Source: the human T2T-CHM13v2.0 reference genome, Homo sapiens. From it: DNA of 64,000 nucleotides. The stretch lies in the NCBI RefSeq assembly GCF_009914755.1, contig NC_060934.1; one strand, given 5' to 3'. The notes under the pieces are model-generated. The model was not told the DNA's origin. It worked only from the letters and a program-made list of their open reading frames with translations, and made no database searches. Positions 56,747 through 64,000 of this stretch are shown here, piece by piece. Both the position numbers and the translations under genes were made by a program. How positions within the stretch are numbered: the first letter of the stretch is position 1; each line of letters begins with the position of its first letter.

Positions 56747-58631
56747 CATGGTATATGCTGCAGTGAACATGGGAGTGCAGACTACTCTTTGACATACTGA
56801 TTTTAAATTTGGGAGGTAAATATCCAGAGGTGGGATTGCTGAATCACATGGTAATTCTATTTTTAGTTTTATGAGCAAACTCCATACTGTTTACTGTTTT
56901 CCACAACAGCTGTACTAATTTACATTTCCACCAACAGTGGAATAAAGGTTTCCCTTTATTCCACATCCTTGGTAATACTTGCTAACATTTGTCTTTTTGA
57001 TAATAGCCATTCTGACAGGTGTGATGTAATGCCTCATTTTGGTTTTAATTTGTATTTTCCTAGTGATTTGTGAGGTTAAGCAGTTTTTTCATGTATTTGA
57101 TTGTCATTTTTATGTCTTCTTTTGACACATTTATTTAGATCCCTTGCCTATTTTTAATTGGATTATTTAGTTTCTTTCCTTAGAGTTGTTTGGTTGCTTA
57201 TATATTGTATTTTTCTCTCTTTAGTGAAATTCTCTATTTGATGTGACATCGTAATTATGCCTTCCTTTACTTCTTTAATCAAGATTTCCTTTACTTCTGT
57301 GAATATAATTATAATAGCTACTTTGAAATCTTTTCCTTTTAAATCCAAAATCTGAATGCTTTCACAAGCATTATTTGTTGTTTTACTATTTGCATGCCTG
57401 ATAATATCTTCTTGGACGTTGGACATTTTTAATAACATATTGTAAAATCTTTGGGTATATTCCCCCCACCCCAAGCTTGTCTTTGTTATAAGTTTTCTCA
57501 TTTTTCAGTGACTACCAAATTATTTTAGTAAAACTAATTCCCTCGCACAGTGTTAAGTCTCTGATGTTGCTCCTCGAAAACGTAGTTTCGAGTATACCCA
57601 TGATTACTCTGTGATGACTGTGGTAGAGCTCTCTCACCCACTCTTTTTCTGGTCATATCCAGCTGTTAAACTCTACTCATTATGGGCCAATTGCTGTATT
57701 ATTTACAACACTGTCCTGCAGCAAAAATTTCTGTATGAACTAGCCTATTCAAATTGGAGGCTCTTTCCAAGGAATAGTTTTTGAGTCAGTGTTTGATATT
57801 TTGTTCTTACTTCAGAAGAGCTCTTCTAGCTGTCTGGTTTTTTTTTTTTTTGCAAACTATCTAGCCTACAGTCTAGGCTGCATCTTTATTAGATCCTCAA
57901 ATTTCCTCCCAATTTTCTTCACCATAACCTTCACTGTTTTGAGAAACTTCTTAGACTTAAACTTTTCCACACTCATTGCAGATGAAATATGTTATTTAAA
58001 GGATAAGTTAGGAGCTGTTTTACTGACTGGTTCTCCCTCCACTCCAACCAAAATCTCTGAACCAGGGCTTTGTAGCAGGGAGTGGGAGTAGAGACAATGG
58101 CAAGCTTCTTTTTGAGTGACACCCCTTTATAGTAGCTGCACATTTAGCAACAGGATCCTTTTGGCTTGCTTCTTTGGGGATGGCACCTCTGTCTACAGAG
58201 CTAAGGGAAGGAAATTGTGTTCCCGGTATTTTCTGTGAGCCAAGCCCAAGGCAGAGCTTCTGTTCCAGGAGCATGGGCTGAGCAGAAGGGAGACACCACC
58301 TCTTGACTACACTCACCCAAGACTTAGTTTCAGCAATAGAAAACAAGGAGCGAGATGAAAAATGTGAAGTCCTGCCCCTAGTAAGAAAACCTTTTGGCTG
58401 AGAGCTGAAGGTAGAAGGAGCCCTGTTTTTTGGGTTGCAGCAGTCCAGAGTTGATTCTCTGCCTTAACTAGCTGGGATGTGGGAGGGAAGAAGAGCATCG
58501 GGGAGAGAAGCAGAGGATGTAGGAGAGGAGAGGGCAGACCCTCACATACTCTACCAAATTTTCATACAGTTTCTTGAATATGTGTTTGTTCATTTGTTAT
58601 TTGCCCTTATGACTATTTCAAGTGACTATTT

Positions 58632-59387
58632 TGAGACAGAGCGGAGATTCCTTCTTAGGGGCCTGTACTCCTGTCCCAAGGCATGGAAATAAAGGAAAAT
58701 CTTCAGTATCTTCAAGAGAAATTCCAGGCGCCTAGTTAGCCATGAGAAGTAAAGAAGTGACTTGATAAGCAAGAAAGCAATAGTAGCCTAAAACAATAGC
58801 AAAGTTAGAGTCAGGAGATGTGCTAAGATAACATCTTAACATATACCTATGAGCTGTTTTTCAGAAAGCTGGACTCCTACTAAATGGATCTGTCAACAAA
58901 TAAACTTCAGATAAGAAAGAAGGGAGGACTGAACTCTGAACTATTATTTGTTATGAATTTCTTCCTGAGAGCCCTAGAGGGAGTCACACCCATGAGCCAG
59001 AGCTAATATTCTTTTCTGCTGATTCTAAATTTTTAAACCATATTTCTCTTCCTTTACCAATTACAAATAAGAAAATGTTTGAATCTACTTATAATCTGTA
59101 AGCCCCTGTTGAAAGATATCCCACCTTTTTAGGCCCAAATCAATTTGTAACCTCCCGGTATTGATTTACCATTTTGTCCGTAACTTTTGCTGGGCTGAAA
59201 TTTACACCTGCATTTGAAAACCTTTACCTGCAAGCCACTAGGGAGGTCAGAATTTGAACATTAGCTGCCTGGTCCTCCTTGCTTGGTGCCTTACAAATAA
59301 GCGTGTCTTTCCTACTCTGCAAATTCTCACTGTGACTATCTGGTCTTACTGTGCTTGGAGAGTGGACACTAGTTCAGCAGTATAACA
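58632..59387 (+). mobile_element. MER39-like ERV1 solo LTR
   Basis: 'tgagacagagc...cttaggggcctg...ggaaataaaggaaaatctt' to '...tataaca'; 4-bp TSD 'attt'. Confidence 0.85.
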
Positions 59388-59494
59388 ATTTTAAAGTAAA
59401 TGTTTCCAAAATTTCCAAAATTCACTGGGAAGTCAATCAGCAGAGCTCACCCTGTCATGCAGGAAGTTGATCTATGGTCACTGATTTTCACTGA

Positions 59495-60545
59495 TTTTTT
59501 TTTTTTTTTTTGAGATTGAGAGACAGGACCAGCTGGATTTCCTAGGCTCACTAAGAATCCCTAAGCCTAGCTGGGAAGGTGACCACATCCACCTTTAAAC
59601 ATGGGGCTTGCAACTTAGCTCACACCCGACCAATCAGGTAGTAAGGAGAGCTCACTGAAATGCTAATTAGGCAAAAACAGGAGGTAAAGAAATAGCCAAT
59701 CACTATCGCATGAGAGCACAGCAGAGGGACAATGATCAGGATATAAACCCAGGCATTTGAGCCGGCAAAGGCTACCCTCTTTGGGTCCCCTCCTTTTGTG
59801 TGGGAGCTCTGTTTTCACTCTATTAAATCTTGCAACTGCACTCTCTTCTGGTCCGTGTTTTTACGGCTCAAGCTGAGCTTTCGCTCACTGTCCACCAGTG
59901 CTGTTTGCCTCCGTAGCAGACCCGCCACTGACTTCCATCCCTCTGGATCCAGCAGGGTCTCTGCTGTGCTCCCGATCCAGCAAGGTGACCATTGCTGCTG
60001 CCGATCGGGCTAAAGGCTTGCCATTGTTCCTGCATGGCTAAGTGCCCGGGTTCATCTTAAGTGAGCTGAACACTAGTCACTGGGTTCCACAGTTCTCTTC
60101 CGTGACCCACGGCTTCTAATAGAGCTATAACACTCACCACATGGCCCAAGATTCCATTCTTTGGAATCCGTGAGGCCAAGAACCCCAGGTCAGAGAACAT
60201 GAGGCTTGCCACCATCTTGGAAGTGGCCCGCTGCCATTTTCGAAGTGGCCCACCACTATCTTGGGAGCTCTGGGCGCAAGGACCCCTGGTAACAAGATCG
60301 TGTCTCATTCTGTCACCCAGGTTGGAGTGAAGTAGTGCAATCTCGGCTGACTGCAACCTCTACCTCCCCAGTGCAAAAGATCCTCCCACCTCAGCCTCCC
60401 AAGTAGCTGGGACCACAGGCGTGCCCCACTACGCTCAGCTAATTTCTTGTATTTTTGGTAGAGGCAAGGTTTTGCCATGTTGCCCAGTCTGGTCTTGAAC
60501 TCCTGAGCTCAGTCAGTCCCTGCGCCTTGACTTCCCAAAGTGTGG
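59495..60545 (-). mobile_element. AluJ interrupted by LTR17
   Basis: poly-T 'gagat' | LTR | 'agatcgtgtctcattctgtcaccc...gatcctcccacctcagcc'. Confidence 0.9.
59517..60294 (+). mobile_element. LTR17 (HERV-W) complete solo LTR
   Basis: 'tgagagacaggaccagctggatttcctagg'...'ggacccctggtaaca', 778 bp, CCAAT boxes, TATA 'gatataaa', ATTAAA; TSD 'agat'. Confidence 0.96.
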
Positions 60546-60549
60546 TATT

Positions 60550-61700
60550 TTTATATCTTGTCATTTTACATCATCCTTATATCATTTAGTATTTTTTAAA
60601 TTGTTGATGTAGAGTTTCCCAAGAAGACAATTATACTCTTGTAAAAGAGATAGCTTTATGCATTCTTTATCATTCTTACGTGTCCAATTTGTCTTGTCTA
60701 ATTGCGTTGGCTAATACCTCTATTACAGTGCTGAGGAGCAGCTAAGATAGTAGGCATCTTTGCAATGTTTCTCAGGATGATGGACATGACTCTAATGTTT
60801 TTCCATTAAGTAATATACTGGGTTTATAATAATGGTATATATAGCTTACCAAGTTTTAAAATATATAATTTCCCATTGAATTCCCCAAATATTAGAAATG
60901 GTCATGATAACAATGATGTTGATGATGATGACAATAATGTTAATGATGATTATTGACTGACTAAATTTTCATTTAATTCTATTGTGGTCAGATAATATAT
61001 TCTGTGTGATTTGAATGCATTGGCATTTATTGGCTTGTGTTTGATAGACTTTCTTTATGGTGCATCTTGGTAAAGGTTCAGTGTCTACTTGAAGAGACTG
61101 TGTTTTCTGCTGCTATTAGATAAAATGTTTTATAAATATCAGTTTGTCAGGTTGATTGATTGTGTTGAAGTTTTCTATATTCTCACTTATTTTCAGTCTA
61201 ATTGTCTATGAAGTATTGAGATAGTTAAGGATATTTACATTTCATATTACAATAGTGAATTTTTCTCCTTTACATTTAATATACAGATTGTGTTTAGACC
61301 CATAAGAATTTTGGATTATTATATCTTCTATTGAATTGGCCTTTTAGATAAAATGACTCCCTTTATTTCCTGACAGCATTCTTGCTCTGCAATTTACTTT
61401 GTCTTATAGTAATATAGCTACTTCAACTTTCTTTTTATTTATGTTAGCATGGTACATATTATTTTTACATCCGTTTCCTTTTAATCTGTGTCTTTATATT
61501 GTCTTATACATAGCATATAGTAGTGTGTTGCTTTCTTAGACAATCTGACAACTTCTGCCTTTTAAATTAGGTGTTTAGATCATTAACATTTAATGTGGTT
61601 ATTGATATATTTGGATTTAAATGTACCACATTGCTATTTCTTTTCAACTTTTATGATCTGCCTTTGTTCCTTTTTTTCCTATTATTTTCTGCTAAATTCT
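60550..61700 (-). mobile_element. Degenerate L1M ORF2 fragments
   Basis: 'tctattgtggtcagataatatattctg', 'cattaacatttaatgtggttattgata'. Confidence 0.7.
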
Positions 61701-61749
61701 ATTATCTTTATTTTCAAAATATATTCTTTGCATTATTGCCATCGCCACT

Positions 61750-62800
61750 GCCACCACCCTAGATACAAGCAGGGCCACCTTTGTCCTATAATCTTTATTA
61801 GCCTTCTAACACTTTTAGAGCCTCTCTTCTAACATCTTTGCTTCTACTCTTGCCTATCAAAACTTTTGCCCTATGCACAACTGTAAATTTCATCACATTA
61901 CCTACTCAGCCAAATGATTACGTGGCCTTTCATTATAATTCATTTGGAAGTGCTTATTTAGCCTAAAAGGCCATACATGCTCTTGCTCTTGGCTTACTCT
62001 ACAACCTCATTTTCTTCAAATGCAGTCATCCCTCAGTATCTGTGGAAGATTGGTTCCAGGATCTGCCATGGATACCAAAACTCACAGATGCTCAAGTCCC
62101 TGATATAAAATGGTTTATTATTTGCATATAGCCTATGTGTATCTTCCTGTATATTTAAAATCATCTTTAGATTACTTATATCTAATACAATGTAGCTGCT
62201 ATATAGATAGTTGTGATGATGTATTGTTTAGGGTACAATAACAAGAAAACAGCCTGTATATGTTCAGTACAGATACAATTTTTTTTTTTTTTTAATTTAT
62301 GGCTGGTCGAATCCATGGACGTGGAACCCATGAATATGGACGGCCAACTGTATTATTATTCATTGTGCTTCAACCACACTCTCTGTCATTCTTTTCATCA
62401 AACACTGTAAAAATGCAAATGCTTCCATTTCAAGTTTTGCACTCACGATTCCTTCTGCCTTCCCCCAGGTGTTTTCTTTGCTTGCTGTCCTATTTTGTTT
62501 CTTTAGTTCTTCAGATGCCCCTTCTTCAGGAAGTCTTTTCCTGATAATGCTATCCAACCCATGTTCCTCAATTTATACTTGACACCTCAGCTATATTTTA
62601 GTTTAAAATACGACATTTATCTCAAACTGGCTTCACATTATGTACTTGTTATTTATTTAAATCTCCCTCCCTTGCTAGAAAGTTAGCTTTTAAAGGGGCC
62701 TGGATTTAATTTGTTTTGTCTATTGTGCCATCTCCTGGAACTAGATTAGTGTCCTTGCACATAGCCAACATTCAAAAAACAAAATTAAATGAATGCAGGC
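61750..62800 (+). mobile_element. L2 3' end split by MER2
   Basis: 'tgcccttcttcaggaagtcttttcctga', ends 'aaatgaatg'. Confidence 0.75.
62023..62350 (+). mobile_element. MER2 (TcMar-Tigger)
   Basis: 'cagtcatccctcagtatctgtgg...gatgctcaagtccctgatataaaatgg...ggccaactg-ta'. Confidence 0.92.
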
Positions 62801-63629
62801 TTTCTCTATATGACTGTCAAGATGGCTTCCTTCAGGTCTATAGTCAAATGGTTCTAAATCAACAACGCTTATGTAAATGTGATTTCTGTTTCTTAACATC
62901 CAAAGGCTCTGATTGGCCATTTTGCATCAGGCATCTCTTCCCTGAACTCATTATTCTGAGTTATGACTGACATTCTGTATCAGTTCTCCACTTCCTAATC
63001 AAAAGGATTGAGCACATGTGACACAGAGTGGGAGAATGGAGAGCCTCACACTGTAGGCAGATCACACTCCTCTCACACATAAAAGATCTCTTCTTTTTAT
63101 ATGTCATATTTTTTCTGTGATTCATTTTTTTCTCATACATTTTATTGAATAGAGATTTATATACAGGTATTTTTCCCCAAACTCAGTGAATATATACTCT
63201 TTTTATTTTCTCACTCTAAAGATGGAATCTATCAGGATATTTTTCTCAGATTTTCAGCTACAAGGCTGTTTGCTATAAATTTCAATCACTCATTTGGTGT
63301 GATCCAGCAGGCTGGAATCTGAGCAGTCCCTGCAGGTGAACTATATCTCAGCTTAGTTACTTATTTTATTCAGGAAAGCCTCTATATGAAATATGAGATT
63401 TCAGTATCTCATATTCTGCTTACTCTGGCTACCACTCCATGGGAAGCATGGATACAGTGTGGAGCCCTTCTACAATTACCTGAATTTCTGTATAATATAC
63501 CACTCATTAATGTTGAGCTTCCAAAGGCAACTGATTCTATAATCAGTTGAGACACAGAGAAGAAAAGATTTTTAATTTAAGTGAAATTTTCTGCATCTGT
63601 GGGACTTCTTTTCCTTTTCCAATGAAAGG

Positions 63630-63780
63630 CAGTTGTAGTGTGGTATCAAAGACCTGAACTTGGGAATCAGATTTTCTAGGTCTGTATCTGTTTTATTATT
63701 TACTATCTTTGCAAATATAGTCAACTTAACCTCTTCGTATCCTAATTTTCCTCATCTACAAAAGGAAATTGTAAAATAAC
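63630..63780 (+). mobile_element. MIR
   Basis: 'gtcaacttaacctcttcgtatcctaattttcctcatctacaaaagg'. Confidence 0.8.
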
Positions 63781-63784
63781 CATC

Positions 63785-64000
63785 CAGTCATATGTTGCTT
63801 AATGATGGAGATACATTCTGAGAAATGCATCCTTAGGGGATTTTGTCTTTGTGTGAACAACATGGAGTGTACTTACACAAATCTAGATGGTATAGCCTAC
63901 TATGCACCTACCTATCCTATGCAGAGGCTGTACCTACTATACACATATTATTATATTGTATAGCCTCTTTCTCCTAGGCTACAATCTTATACAATACGTT
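63785..64000 (+). mobile_element. Tigger3 5' end, runs off the window
   Basis: 'cagtcatatgttgcttaatgatggagatacattctgagaaatgc'. Confidence 0.9.

Larger units (their letters stand above)
51165..58630 (-). mobile_element. Long L1MB/L1M3-4 body (3'UTR to 5'UTR) with nested inserts, including an L1MA 3' end at about 56105-57210
   Basis: continuous antisense ORF2 motifs; ORF1-like remnant at 57163-57501. Confidence 0.8.

Overview
AT-rich, repeat-dominated primate (hominoid, probably human) non-coding DNA. Most of the window is interspersed repeats: many nested, mostly minus-strand L1 copies (L1M, a near-full-length L1MA2, young L1PA2/L1PA3), about ten Alus, L2/MIR, Tigger3/MER2/MER5A DNA transposons and ERV LTRs (MER21, LTR16, MLT1, MER11 with HERV-K HML-8 env/pol, THE1C, MER83-like, MER39, LTR17). 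I find no intact protein-coding gene, RNA gene or CRISPR array. The supplied ORFs are repeat-derived or compatible with chance. The interest lies in rearrangements readable from the repeats: (1) a ~750 bp inversion marked by three nested repeats; (2) a TSD-flanked mini-L1PA2 joining the promoter directly to the ORF2 3' end; (3) a HERV-K remnant with env fused to an inverted RT fragment through 17 bp of homology; (4) three local templated duplications plus an iterative repeat; (5) a duplicated 92-nt exon-like cassette, with weak hints of a decayed plus-strand gene. Repeat subfamily names come from recalled consensus sequences and were not checked with RepeatMasker. Boundaries of old repeats are approximate.
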